Shown one piece after another: positions 19,370 through 28,066 of a DNA stretch of 64,000 nt. Positions within the stretch are counted from its first letter, which is position 1. The number at the start of each line of letters is the position of its first letter. The position numbers and the translations under genes are program-made. The stretch is from a virus (lineage: Duplodnaviria; Heunggongvirae; Uroviricota; Caudoviricetes), in IMG/VR virus record IMGVR_UViG_3300032335_000499. One strand, given 5' to 3'. Below the pieces are notes generated by a model. It searched no databases. It worked only from the letters and a program-made list of their open reading frames with translations, and was not told the DNA's origin.

Positions 19370-20194
19370 ACCTACCAAGATGTGCTGCTCCAGTTGCTCC
19401 ATATCTTGTTAGATACAGAATACAACACACCTTATGTCTTTTGCCTTGCGGGCTACTCAACCATACTTCACGAATCCAGCACAGCACCCTCAGGTCTATA
19501 CTTTCTTCGCTTGTATTGCTATCTTGCCTTTCCTTGCGAGGTCAGACTCAATAACTACCTGTTAACTTTCAATATTCATCAGTTTAGCTGTACTTCGTGA
19601 GGGCGCTAACCCTCTTAACTCCTCAGCGTTGCCCTGGAGCCTATCCCTTTCGGGACGTTCGTACCTGACTTACTACCTACCGCCTTTCTACGGACGGGCC
19701 TTTCGGCTAGTTCAGGCTTGCATAGATGGACCATTGCTGGCGCAAGTTTATAGGAAACCTTGCTTTGACAGAGATTACTCCCTGCTACCCTAGTGAGGCT
19801 ATGCCCCCAATTTCTATTCAATTTTCAAAGAACAAAGACAATCTCTTGTCTTGATTTACTCATTATATCAAAGTTCGTAACGTTTGTCAAGAACTATTTC
19901 GCCTATTTGCAAAAAAAGTTTGGAAGAGAAAAAGTAAGTGATAGACAATGCAATACACAGCGACCCGACCGTACGGTCAAAGTCTACGGACACTAAACAC
20001 TACACAATCTGCAAAAATAACGTATCTCTAAGCGGCAACTCACAAATCTGAATAAAGCTTAGTTCATGCTATTATGGAGCGTTTCAAGCGCCTGATCGGT
20101 ACAGTATCTCCGATACCAGGGTGTCTACTCTCGTCTCTCTTTCTCTTCCTGGTAGCGTCCTCAAGATGGAGTCAGAAGGAACGCTACCAAACTC

Positions 20195-20757
20195 TTAGAT
20201 GATGTCCTCAGACTTGAGAACTTCAACTGTGCTTGTAGCAAGTTCAATTGTAGTGCGAACATTGGCTTCAAGCAACGCATCCTGGACAGCTTGCTTCTTC
20301 TTCTTAGCAAGTGAAACATTGTTTCGGAAGCTTTCCAAATCAGTTTCAGTAAAGATAGAAGTGCTTACTTCGCTTGAATGGAAGCTGTAGCTTTCACCCT
20401 CACGATTAGCAATCTTGTCAAGCTTACCGCTGATGACCTTAAGGTCAGTCTGAACATTTGCCTTAGCAAACGGTGCAAAGAACACGAGGTCCTTTTCAAT
20501 GCGGGCAAGATCGGCAAGAAGGTTGTCGATGTTGTTCTCTGCATTAGCAGTAGCAACCTTAGTGCGAATGTCATAGAGCGCGGAAATTAGATTCCAACGG
20601 CGCTGAACATTGCGGTCAAACTTCTGCTTAGTAAGTTCAATTTCCTGAGCAGGAGTCTGGAACTCGTTGATGCTAACATCAGCCTTAAATTCCAAACCCT
20701 TGAGGGCTTCGTTGATTAAAACTTGAAGTGCATTGGCTTTGCGTAGTGAAACTTGCA
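20195..20757 (-). CDS. hypothetical protein (start moved to MQVSLRKANAL; track N-terminus overlaps tRNA-Asp)
   Basis: AGAGGAAAGAA SD upstream of ATG ~20757. Confidence 0.45.
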
Positions 20758-20777
20758 TTTTTCTTTCCTCTATAAAA

Positions 20778-20854
20778 TGGCGACTCGTACGGGACTTGAA
20801 CCCGTGGCCTCTAGCGTGACAGGCTAGCGATCTAACCAACTGATCTAACGAGCC
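20778..20854 (-). tRNA. tRNA-Asp(GTC)
   Basis: anticodon stem CTAGC/GCTAG loop CTGTCAC; T-arm GGGTTCAAGTCCC. Confidence 0.7.
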
Positions 20855-20920
20855 ATTAAACTCTTTATATACTTCTTATAATGTATTCTAAAACGATAGT
20901 CAATCGTTTTGGGTAAACTT

Positions 20921-20995
20921 TGGTGACGCGGGGTAGAATTGAACTACCGACATGGAGCTTATGAGACTCCTGTTCTACCACTGAACTACCGCGCC
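20921..20995 (-). tRNA. tRNA with CAT anticodon, copy 2
   Basis: anticodon loop CTCATAA; T-arm GGTAGTTCAATTCTACC. Confidence 0.65.
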
Positions 20996-21020
20996 ATTAA
21001 TAAAGGGTGTGTCAAGGATT

Positions 21021-22238
21021 TTACCCCTTGACACAAACTACCTGCTTCAACGTATGAACGATTTCTACAAGGTCAGACTGTGCAGCCATAACTGCATCAA
21101 TGTCCTTGTACGCATTTGGCGTTTCGTCAATAACGTCTGCGTCCTTGCGGCACTCAACCCCTGCCGTAGCAGCGATATGGTCCTCAATAGTGAAACGCTT
21201 CTTCGCTTCGGTACGGCTCATAGAGCGTCCAGCACCGTGTGAACACGAACTGAACGATTCACGATTACCCTTGCCGCGAACGATGAATGACTTTGCACCC
21301 ATTGAACCAGGGATGATTCCCAGTTCGTCCTTCTTAGCTGACACTGCACCCTTACGAGTAAGCAGAATGTCTTCACCGAAGTGACGCTCATGCGATACAT
21401 AGTTGTGGTGACAGTTAACTGCCATCATTTCACTATAGAACGGCTTCGTAATTACTGACTTGATAGCAGCAATAGTTGCTTCCATCATCACTTCACGATT
21501 GCTACGAGCAAAACGCTGTGCCCAAGACACTGCTTGCATGTAGTCGTTGAAGTGGTCAGTACCTTCTGCTAGATAGGACAAGTCCATGTCTGGCAGATTG
21601 ATGAACCACTTACGCATATCCTGCTTAGCAAGTTCAATGAAGTAGGAACCGATACGATTACCTACACCACGAGAACCTGAGTGCAACATGATCCAAACAT
21701 AATCATCTTCATCAAGACAAATCTCTACGAAGTGATTGCCGGAACCAAGCGTACCTAAGTGATACGGAGCCCGTTCAGCAGCCTGACTAATCTTAGGATG
21801 CTTTGCTACAATTTCTGAAAGCACAGGTAAATGTGCAACAAACTTAAGTGCAACTGCATTAGAATAATCACTGAATGCACCACGGTCATTCTTGCCACCG
21901 TTATCAGTACGACCATGTGGGACTCGTGCTTCAATCGCAGAGCGAATGCCGAACAGGTTGTCGGGCAAATCTTCTGCACGAAGGTTAGTACGATGAGCCA
22001 TCATGCCGCAACCGATATCAACACCGACTGCTGCTGGAATAATTGCGCCCTTAGTCGGAATAACCGAACCAACAGTCGCACCCATTCCCCAATGAACGTC
22101 AGGCATAATTGCTACGTGCTTGTGAATGAAGGGCATAGCAGCAATATTGTCAAGCTGGGCGCGGGCTTGATCCTCAACGGACACGCCGTCAATCCATGCC
22201 TTAATAAGACCGCCCTTGTTTCCTTGAATTACTTGCAT
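21021..22238 (-). CDS. rtcB: RtcB-family RNA 3'-phosphate/2',3'-cyclic-phosphate ligase
   Basis: 405 aa; conserved RtcB blocks MPDVHWGMGATVGS, GCGMMA, HNYV, CSHGAGRSMSR; AGGAAG RBS. Confidence 0.8.
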   Translation of the reverse strand: MQVIQGNKGGLIKAWIDGVSVEDQARAQLDNIAAMPFIHKHVAIMPDVHWGMGATVGSVIPTKGAIIPAAVGVDIGCGMMAHRTNLRAEDLPDNLFGIRSAIEARVPHGRTDNGGKNDRGAFSDYSNAVALKFVAHLPVLSEIVAKHPKISQAAERAPYHLGTLGSGNHFVEICLDEDDYVWIMLHSGSRGVGNRIGSYFIELAKQDMRKWFINLPDMDLSYLAEGTDHFNDYMQAVSWAQRFARSNREVMMEATIAAIKSVITKPFYSEMMAVNCHHNYVSHERHFGEDILLTRKGAVSAKKDELGIIPGSMGAKSFIVRGKGNRESFSSCSHGAGRSMSRTEAKKRFTIEDHIAATAGVECRKDADVIDETPNAYKDIDAVMAAQSDLVEIVHTLKQVVCVKG

Positions 22239-22302
22239 AACTACTTCCTTTAAAAAATGGATGGGCAGTTTACCGTCTTACCCAGGACCCTGTTTTTAAA
22301 AT

Positions 22303-22396
22303 AGGGGGAAAGTAGGGACTTGAACCCTAATAACACCGCTGTCACGGCTGCTCTATGATGACAGTCATAAAGCTGTTACGCACCGTACCCTTCCCC
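22303..22396 (-). tRNA. type-II (long variable arm) tRNA-like gene with non-canonical anticodon arm; identity unresolved
   Basis: 8-bp-capable acceptor GGGGAAGG/CTTTCCCC, T-arm TAGGGTTCAAGTCCCTA, long extra arm; anticodon region TTTATGACTGTCATCATAG folds with 6- or 8-nt loop, not 7. Confidence 0.4.
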
Positions 22397-22402
22397 GTTA
22401 AC

Positions 22403-22478
22403 TGGTAGACGATGTAGGATTCGAACCTACGACCTAGGGATTAAGAGTCCCGCGCTCTACCGACTGAGCTAATCGTCC
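22403..22478 (-). tRNA. tRNA-Lys(CTT)
   Basis: anticodon loop CTCTTAA; T-arm GGTTCGAATCC. Confidence 0.65.
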
Positions 22479-22517
22479 ATATAACAACTTAGAAGAACAC
22501 TGTAGAACCGTCGTTCT

Positions 22518-22588
22518 ATAATACTACTGGATTCGAACCAGTTACTCGTCCTTTCGAGGCAGGAAGTCTCCAATGCTTCTCAGTATTC
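22518..22588 (-). tRNA. tRNA-like remnant (good acceptor/D/T arms, no foldable anticodon stem), 7-nt tandem duplication agtattc at 5' end
   Basis: GAAG/CTTC D-stem, ACTGG-TTCGAAT-CCAGT T-arm, but anticodon region TGCCTCGAAAGGACG does not pair. Confidence 0.25.
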
Positions 22589-22748
22589 AGTATTCATCTA
22601 AACTGTTACAAGCAACAAGAAGCCGGTGCACTTAGCAATTCAGCAATTTACGAAACACCATTCGGGGCTTCTCGTCACTTGATATATTCACTATAACGTA
22701 CTTCTTGTTGATTGTCAACCAAAAAATGACCTTTTTCAAAGATAATTG

Positions 22749-24251
22749 TTACCAGCCCTTAAACCAGTAACTAAGCACTGCCTCAGCAGGCTTGTTTCGG
22801 ATACTAGCTGAAAAATCGTAACAAGTATCATTAAGTGTGTCTTTTTTTCTAGGGTTATCCAAATAGTGATATCCCCAGCTAAATATTCCTTTTATGATCC
22901 CTGAACCATCCGACCTTTGCTCATTGACAATTTCAGCAGCAGATTGATAAATGTCAGCTTGCACCTGATAGTCTCTTGTCTTATTGTTAAATTCAGAGCA
23001 ACGTAACCCAGACTCTATATAATCACTTGAAACCAATCCAGTATGAACTGAAGGCGTTCCGATCATAAGAAGAATAGGAACCTTTGCAGAAGAAATCGAT
23101 GCAATATGTTTCTTAATGTCTTTAGTGAGTTTAGTGCGTGATTGGGCAGCATGTAGTGTTTCGTTATTATCAGGAATGATTGGATTATAGAGACTCAACC
23201 CAATCTCATCAAAAAGATCAATAAAAGCGGTTCGCTTATTAACATCAGAAATCCCAAGCAAGCCATTATATGAACCGTTGGTCATAGAAAAATAAGATAT
23301 TTTTCCAGTAAACCCAGCCTCCCTGATAGCTTTGATAAGTTCAATCCATCTAGAATTTCCCTTATTTACCATGTAGTCCATATTAAAACCAATTACAAGT
23401 CTTGTTGCACCAGCTTGTTGTGCTAAAGCTGCTCTATCAACTAGTATCCTCTTATATTCACTAAACCACCTATCCCAGAAGGGGTCATTATCAGAAAGTT
23501 GACTGATGGCAGAATAGAACTTTGGAACGTCCCATGGATCATTTCCGAGAGTATCTCCGGGATAGATTCCCATCATAACTGTAAAATCCATACCCCGTGA
23601 TCTGGCTAAGTTACCCATATCCAAAATCACTTGATTAGCTGGAAAATATTTACCGTACAACTCAACTGACCGAGAATTAACATTCATTGATTTAATGAAT
23701 GCAGAATCAGCATAAACAACATTATTTCCACCAATGCTCTTTATTCTGTCAAAGGTAGTGGGGAAATATCCTCCATTGTAATAATCCATCAGCCAACCGC
23801 CAGCATCGTGCGGAACAATTGCTTTTGTAAAGTTTGGCTGTCTATTAATCGTATTGGCTTTGTACAAGCCGAGTTGTATCGGCGTGCTATCGTGTGATGT
23901 GTATGGGTACCAAGTTGGTTGATACCCTAATTTGTTCACGGAAAGCTGAGAGTATTCGCCGGTAGACTTCGGCGTTTCAACATTGACTGTTTCTTGAGTT
24001 AGACTTGCAATAGCTGACGTAACCGATGCTGGATGAGAGACTGTTGACAATCTTTCATATGTCTGTATATCTACAGGTGTTGTCTGAGGAACAGCAGGAG
24101 CTGGAGTAGGCAGCGCAACTGATGTCGTTGTTGGTATTTGTACAAAATTTGAACTAGTAGAAGACGTATCGCCGCCGCAACCACTGAGTGCTAATACTCC
24201 AGCAGCCGCCGCCATCATCAAAGTTGTTTTGTTCATACACGCTACTTTCAT
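22749..24251 (-). CDS. large secreted lipoprotein (start moved; lipobox LALSGC), possible polysaccharide-active enzyme
   Basis: Signal peptide plus lipobox; Thr/Pro-rich linker then ~420-aa globular domain; track N-terminus LVTHFAIVKYKL is translation of promoter cassette. Confidence 0.45.
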   Translation of the reverse strand: MKVACMNKTTLMMAAAAGVLALSGCGGDTSSTSSNFVQIPTTTSVALPTPAPAVPQTTPVDIQTYERLSTVSHPASVTSAIASLTQETVNVETPKSTGEYSQLSVNKLGYQPTWYPYTSHDSTPIQLGLYKANTINRQPNFTKAIVPHDAGGWLMDYYNGGYFPTTFDRIKSIGGNNVVYADSAFIKSMNVNSRSVELYGKYFPANQVILDMGNLARSRGMDFTVMMGIYPGDTLGNDPWDVPKFYSAISQLSDNDPFWDRWFSEYKRILVDRAALAQQAGATRLVIGFNMDYMVNKGNSRWIELIKAIREAGFTGKISYFSMTNGSYNGLLGISDVNKRTAFIDLFDEIGLSLYNPIIPDNNETLHAAQSRTKLTKDIKKHIASISSAKVPILLMIGTPSVHTGLVSSDYIESGLRCSEFNNKTRDYQVQADIYQSAAEIVNEQRSDGSGIIKGIFSWGYHYLDNPRKKDTLNDTCYDFSASIRNKPAEAVLSYWFKGW

Positions 24252-24267
24252 TTTTAGCTTATATTTT

Positions 24268-24296
24268 ACTATAGCAAAATGGGTAACCAATGTCAA
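24268..24296 (-). promoter_or_regulatory. sigma70-like promoter TTGACA-N17-TATAGT (gcaaaatgggta subfamily)
   Basis: revcomp of actatagcaaaatgggtaaccaatgtcaa. Confidence 0.5.
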
Positions 24297-24311
24297 CCGG
24301 TTTTATAGATT

Positions 24312-24387
24312 TGGTGGACACTCCGGGGCTCGAACCCGGGACCAACAGGTTAAAAGCCCGTTGCTCTACCTACTGAGCTAAGTGTCC
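24312..24387 (-). tRNA. tRNA-Lys(TTT)
   Basis: acceptor GGACACT/AGTGTCC, anticodon loop CTTTTAA. Confidence 0.7.
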
Positions 24388-24393
24388 GTTGTA

Positions 24394-24468
24394 TGGTGTG
24401 CATGGCAGGATTTGAACCTGCGACCTACGCCTTATCAGGGCGGTGCTCTACCGCTGAGCTACACGCAC
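24394..24468 (-). tRNA. tRNA-Ile(GAT)
   Basis: anticodon loop CTGATAA; T-arm GGTTCAAATCC. Confidence 0.7.
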
Positions 24469-24474
24469 GTAAAC

Positions 24475-24556
24475 TGGAGCACCGAGTAGGAATCGAACCT
24501 ACTTCACTTGCGTAGCGGATTTGCAGTCCACCGCATTCCCAATCTGCCATCGGTGC
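24475..24556 (-). tRNA. tRNA-Cys(GCA), unusually long (12-nt) variable loop
   Basis: anticodon stem GTGGA/TCCGC loop CTGCAAA; T-arm GTAGGTTCGATTCCTAC. Confidence 0.6.
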
Positions 24557-24626
24557 ATTAAACTTTATATATTAGTTATATCAACATTCAGGACGAATGT
24601 CAACCGTTTTTATGTTATTAGCGAAA

Positions 24627-25775
24627 TTAAATTACACGAATTAATGATGCTGCCTCGCGGGCGCTTTCAAGTGTATCACCTAGTACAACACCCATGCGAC
24701 GATATTTACGCACAAATGGTTTACCAAAAATTCTAACATCAATTCCTTCAATGTTCATAGCATCTTCGATGCCTTCATATTTTGGTGCATGATCGCTATT
24801 ATCTTGATACAGTACTACAGCACTTGCGCCACCGTTGCAATTCAAATCTGTGGCGTTAATCGGCAATCCTAATACTGCACGAGCATGAAGGTCAAACTCG
24901 GAATACCGTTGACTACGCAATGTAACCATGCCAGTATCATGTGGGCGAGGGCTAAGTTCGCTAAAGATAACTTCGTCATCCCTGATGAAGAACTCAACTC
25001 CAAACAGTCCAGCACCACCAAGATCATCAGTGATAATCTCAGCCATAGCTTGCGCCTGGGCAATTATTGAATTAGTATACTCTACGTTGTTAGGGATAAA
25101 CGGTTGCCAGCTATACTGGTAATCGCCGCGTTCCTGAACATGACCTATTGGTTCACAAAAAAGTGTAGGACCCGTATGTTGCTTAATAGTCAGCAATGTG
25201 ATTTCAGCATCAAACTTAATGAACTCCTCAACGATAACCTTCTTACGATCACCGCGCATATTGTTCACAGCATAATCCCATGCAACTTGCGCTTCCTCTG
25301 AATTGTGAACTACACTCTGTCCCTTGCCAGAACTTGACATTACTGGCTTAACTACGCAGGGAAAACCGATATTTAATACTGCCTGAGTAAACTCATCTAC
25401 ATTCTCTGCATAACCAAACTTTGCAGTACGCAGACCTAATTCATCGGCGCGGTCACGAATCTTATCGCGGTTCATAGTAAGATTGACTGCACGAGCAGAA
25501 GGAACTACTTGAATTCCGTTTGCTTCATAGTCATAAAGAACTTCCGTTGCTATTGCTTCAATCTCAGGAACAATAATATCTGGCATCCAAGCGTCTATAA
25601 TTGTATCCAATTGGTTTGAGTCAAGCATATTAATAACAACATTACGGTCAGCAACCTGCATTGCAGGAGCATCGGTGTAGCTGTCAACTGCGATAACAAA
25701 ATGTCCAAGACGTTTAGCAGAAATAACAAATTCCTTACCAAGTTCACCTGAACCCAATAGCATAATAGTTTTCAT
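24627..25775 (-). CDS. purT: formate-dependent phosphoribosylglycinamide formyltransferase (PurT)
   Basis: Strong block matches to E. coli PurT: LLGSGELGKE, IVPEIEAIAT, VVKPVMSSSGKGQ, LFGVEFF, IFSELSPRPHDTGM; start moved to MKTIML (track extension is tRNA-Ser read-through). Confidence 0.75.
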   Translation of the reverse strand: MKTIMLLGSGELGKEFVISAKRLGHFVIAVDSYTDAPAMQVADRNVVINMLDSNQLDTIIDAWMPDIIVPEIEAIATEVLYDYEANGIQVVPSARAVNLTMNRDKIRDRADELGLRTAKFGYAENVDEFTQAVLNIGFPCVVKPVMSSSGKGQSVVHNSEEAQVAWDYAVNNMRGDRKKVIVEEFIKFDAEITLLTIKQHTGPTLFCEPIGHVQERGDYQYSWQPFIPNNVEYTNSIIAQAQAMAEIITDDLGGAGLFGVEFFIRDDEVIFSELSPRPHDTGMVTLRSQRYSEFDLHARAVLGLPINATDLNCNGGASAVVLYQDNSDHAPKYEGIEDAMNIEGIDVRIFGKPFVRKYRRMGVVLGDTLESAREAASLIRVI

Positions 25776-25793
25776 ATTTTCTCCAGAAGTGTT

Positions 25794-25885
25794 TGGCGGA
25801 GAGTGAGGGATTCGAACCCTCGGTACCAATTTCTCAGTACGCCTTCTTAGCAGGAAGATGGTTTCAGCCACTCACCCAACTCTCC
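25794..25885 (-). tRNA. tRNA-Ser(GCT)
   Basis: acceptor GGAGAGT/ACTCTCC, anticodon loop CTGCTAA, long variable arm. Confidence 0.7.
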
Positions 25886-25895
25886 GTATTCTTAT

Positions 25896-26624
25896 TTATT
25901 TCTCTACGAATGCTCTCTCAAGAACATAATCGCCGGGCTCTCGCAACGAACCTTCTGTCATTCCGTTATTCTTGCACCACTCTGCAACTTCATGATTGAA
26001 GTCAAGATTGCCGCAAATCATAATCTTATCCTTAGTAGGGTCAATCTGCAATGTATCGCCTAGTTGTGCTGTGATACGCTTGCCACCTTCTCCGGTTACA
26101 ATAGGTATATAGTTCAGCACAGGCTTAACCATTTCTTCTAAATCGTCGCCTACGAATCCAGTTGACAGCAAATCATAGTACGCCAAATCATCACGACTAC
26201 GAACACTATGAACAATATGAATCTTTTCCCATGTTTCAAGCGTTTCAACATCACGAATCAAACTCATAAACGGAGCAAGACCGGTGCCAGTAGCTAACAG
26301 ATACAATTCGCCGCCCTTGTTCAGAGCATCGTTGCGTAGCGTACCAGTTGTCTTAGGATTCAATACTACTTCGTCACCTACTTGAATATGCTGTAGTTTG
26401 CTTGTAAGCTGACCATCTGGAATCTTAATGCTCAAGATTTCAAGTTCATCTGCCCAAGGAGGACTGACTACGCTATACGCTCTCAACACATTCTTACCAT
26501 CAATGTTAAGCCCGCACATAGCAAACTCGCCTGCGTTAAACTTGAAAGTTTGACTACGAGTGGTCTTAAAACTAAATGTTCGGTCACTCCAATGCTGGAC
26601 CCATGTAACTTTTTCAGTAATCAT
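25896..26624 (-). CDS. fpr: ferredoxin/flavodoxin-NADP+ reductase (Fpr family)
   Basis: Collinear with E. coli Fpr: RAYS FAD-binding motif, LLATGTGLAPF NAD(P)-binding motif. Confidence 0.7.
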   Translation of the reverse strand: MITEKVTWVQHWSDRTFSFKTTRSQTFKFNAGEFAMCGLNIDGKNVLRAYSVVSPPWADELEILSIKIPDGQLTSKLQHIQVGDEVVLNPKTTGTLRNDALNKGGELYLLATGTGLAPFMSLIRDVETLETWEKIHIVHSVRSRDDLAYYDLLSTGFVGDDLEEMVKPVLNYIPIVTGEGGKRITAQLGDTLQIDPTKDKIMICGNLDFNHEVAEWCKNNGMTEGSLREPGDYVLERAFVEK

Positions 26625-27028
26625 TATATACCTAAATGTTGTTTGGCGTTTTCAATATAGCCAATAATTCTTTCTTTGCCTGCTGGATTCATGGAGTGAA
26701 CAATGTACGGAGGAAACTTCTTGTTCTTTTCGGCACAGTAATCTACTAGCCATTTAGCGCAATCGTATCCAGTCTTTTCAGAACCATAGTCTACGATTGT
26801 CTCTAGCTGTTTCACTGGATCACTTTCGTTTTCTTTAAGCATAGCAGCATAGTGGTCATCGGCTAAGTCATGGTCAAAGCATACGAAACCCGGAACACCG
26901 CTAAGCATAATGTGCTTAACAAATGCATTGTAGTTTCGTACAGTAAAAATCATTTCATCACGAGGAAACATTTCCCATGTCACATCGTCTGGATTTCGAA
27001 CATCGTCAAGAAATAGTACGTATGACAT
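26624..27028 (-). CDS. small receiver-like protein resembling the cyclic-phosphate-processing REC-like (cREC) domain found next to RNA-repair genes
   Basis: Motifs VLFLDDVR, FDHDL, GYDCAKWL, IVHSMNPAG; start moved to MSYVLF (track extension is tRNA-Ser read-through); assignment from memory of motif pattern, not searched. Confidence 0.4.
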   Translation of the reverse strand: MSYVLFLDDVRNPDDVTWEMFPRDEMIFTVRNYNAFVKHIMLSGVPGFVCFDHDLADDHYAAMLKENESDPVKQLETIVDYGSEKTGYDCAKWLVDYCAEKNKKFPPYIVHSMNPAGKERIIGYIENAKQHLGI

Positions 27029-27046
27029 TATGAGCCTTTCTAATGC

Positions 27047-27136
27047 TGGAGGAAGCGGTGGGATTCGAACCCACGGTACTCTTTCAAGTACGCTGGTTTT
27101 CAAGACCAGATCATTAAACCGCTCTGACACGCTTCC
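27047..27136 (-). tRNA. tRNA-Ser(TGA)
   Basis: acceptor GGAAGCG/CGCTTCC; anticodon loop CTTGAAA; long variable arm. Confidence 0.7.
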
Positions 27137-27182
27137 GTATTGTTATTTAGATGTTATAGCATTACCTATATTTTTTATCAAG

Positions 27183-27878
27183 CTATTTTGGAACGTGTTG
27201 AAAATCAATAAAACTCAATGATTCTAGTTGCTTTCGTAACTCACCGTTTCCGTTCGACTTCTTTTCTATCTTAAAGCACTTGCTATATACTGTGTATGAA
27301 GTATCTACTTCTTGACAAAACTGCCAAAGTGCATTGTAAAGAGGAGCGGAATGAACATCGTCTCCGAATATGTAACCACCGTCTTTAACTATGCCCCATG
27401 CATATCTCAAGTCATTTAATACATCTTCATACGTATGGGATGCATCAACGAATACTAAGTCAATATTTTCAAGTTTTAAGTCTGTGCTGTTTCCTAAATG
27501 AGAAATGATATTAGGATAGTCTTCGATATGTAGCTTCCTAATTTCCAGCACATCTTCTACTGATATCCCCAGCAAACCATATGTTTCTTGTATCGTTACT
27601 ATCATCGGGTTCTCAGCGAAGTGGCCAAAATCTGGATTGATAATCGTATCGCCGAAAGTATCAATATCAATTGTGTGTATCGTTATATTAGGATTGGCTT
27701 GTGCAAACAATCGTGTTGTCCCGCCGACAAACGTTCCCATTTCTAAAATAATAGAGCCGGGCGGAAGTGTCTTCACAGTGTCGATAACAAACTGTATCGC
27801 CCAAGGAAACACACAACAATGCGGTGACATAATAATTTTGGCTTTTATTGATTCTCTGTTAGTGTCGTTTATGTTCAT
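27183..27878 (-). CDS. class I SAM-dependent (O-)methyltransferase
   Basis: ILEMGTFVGGTT glycine-rich SAM motif I, FVDASH motif; start uncertain. Confidence 0.5.
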   Translation of the reverse strand: MNINDTNRESIKAKIIMSPHCCVFPWAIQFVIDTVKTLPPGSIILEMGTFVGGTTRLFAQANPNITIHTIDIDTFGDTIINPDFGHFAENPMIVTIQETYGLLGISVEDVLEIRKLHIEDYPNIISHLGNSTDLKLENIDLVFVDASHTYEDVLNDLRYAWGIVKDGGYIFGDDVHSAPLYNALWQFCQEVDTSYTVYSKCFKIEKKSNGNGELRKQLESLSFIDFQHVPK

Positions 27879-27893
27879 GCTTATATTTATACG

Positions 27894-27968
27894 TGGTACT
27901 CCCGGAGGGACTCGAACCCCCAACCAAATCCTTATGAGGGATCGGCTCTACCATTGAGCTACAGGAGT
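27894..27968 (-). tRNA. tRNA with CAT anticodon, copy 3
   Basis: acceptor ACTCCTG/CGGGAGT; anticodon loop CTCATAA. Confidence 0.65.
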
Positions 27969-27974
27969 ATTGTT

Positions 27975-28059
27975 TGGTGGGCCGGTGAGGTATCGATCCT
28001 CCCCCGAAGACGGACGAGATTTACAGTCTCGCTGCTAGAGCCACTAGCTTTACCGACCC
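27975..28059 (-). tRNA. tRNA-Tyr(GTA)
   Basis: anticodon stem CGAGA/TCTCG loop CTGTAAA; long variable arm; unusual T-loop ATCGATA. Confidence 0.6.
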
Positions 28060-28066
28060 TTAAACT

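Noticed and set aside
19017-19545. CCTTGCGRG repeats as a possible CRISPR array
   Set aside because: The repeats are only 9 nt and the spacing is irregular (27-200 nt). There is no longer conserved repeat unit and no cas genes, so this is not CRISPR.
19003-19600. ORF-track ORFs 19003..19317 (+) and 19364..19600 (+)
   Set aside because: They have no RBS and low-complexity, Leu/Ser/Phe-rich translations, and they overlap a tRNA-like element and the CCTTGCGRG repeat region. They are more likely non-coding; see the ncRNA finding.
19600-20190. tmRNA or RNase P RNA in the structured region
   Set aside because: I could not find the tmRNA tRNA-like ends (GGGG...UUCGA...CCA acceptor pairing) or a tag-peptide reading frame, and the region is too short and lacks the P4 motifs for RNase P. 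It is left as an unassigned ncRNA candidate.
20148-20190. 11-bp hairpin ggtagcgtcct...aggaacgctacc downstream of gene 20195..20757 as a terminator
   Set aside because: On the - strand transcript the stem is followed by AGGAAGAGAAAGAG rather than a U-run, so it is not a canonical intrinsic terminator. It may be an RNA processing or stability element.
24521-24736. ORF 24521..24736 (+) and similar small + strand ORFs (28742..28924, 31477..31674, 35502..35735, 35947..36189, 27030..27221, 25793..25999)
   Set aside because: Each lies antisense across one or more - strand tRNA genes, and the translations contain the characteristic tRNA-derived peptides. These are artefacts of GC-balanced tRNA sequence.
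17911-27923. Long N-terminal extensions of ORF-track entries 17911..18513, 20195..20839, 24627..25871, 26624..27130, 27183..27923, 34855..35229, 8044..8487, 8498..8848, 47418..47855, 22749..24296
   Set aside because: The extensions read through tRNA genes or through the conserved promoter/leader cassette (peptides like RVPWVRIPP, LVTHFAIVNYKLRKRRY). Internal ATGs with proper SD sequences were preferred.
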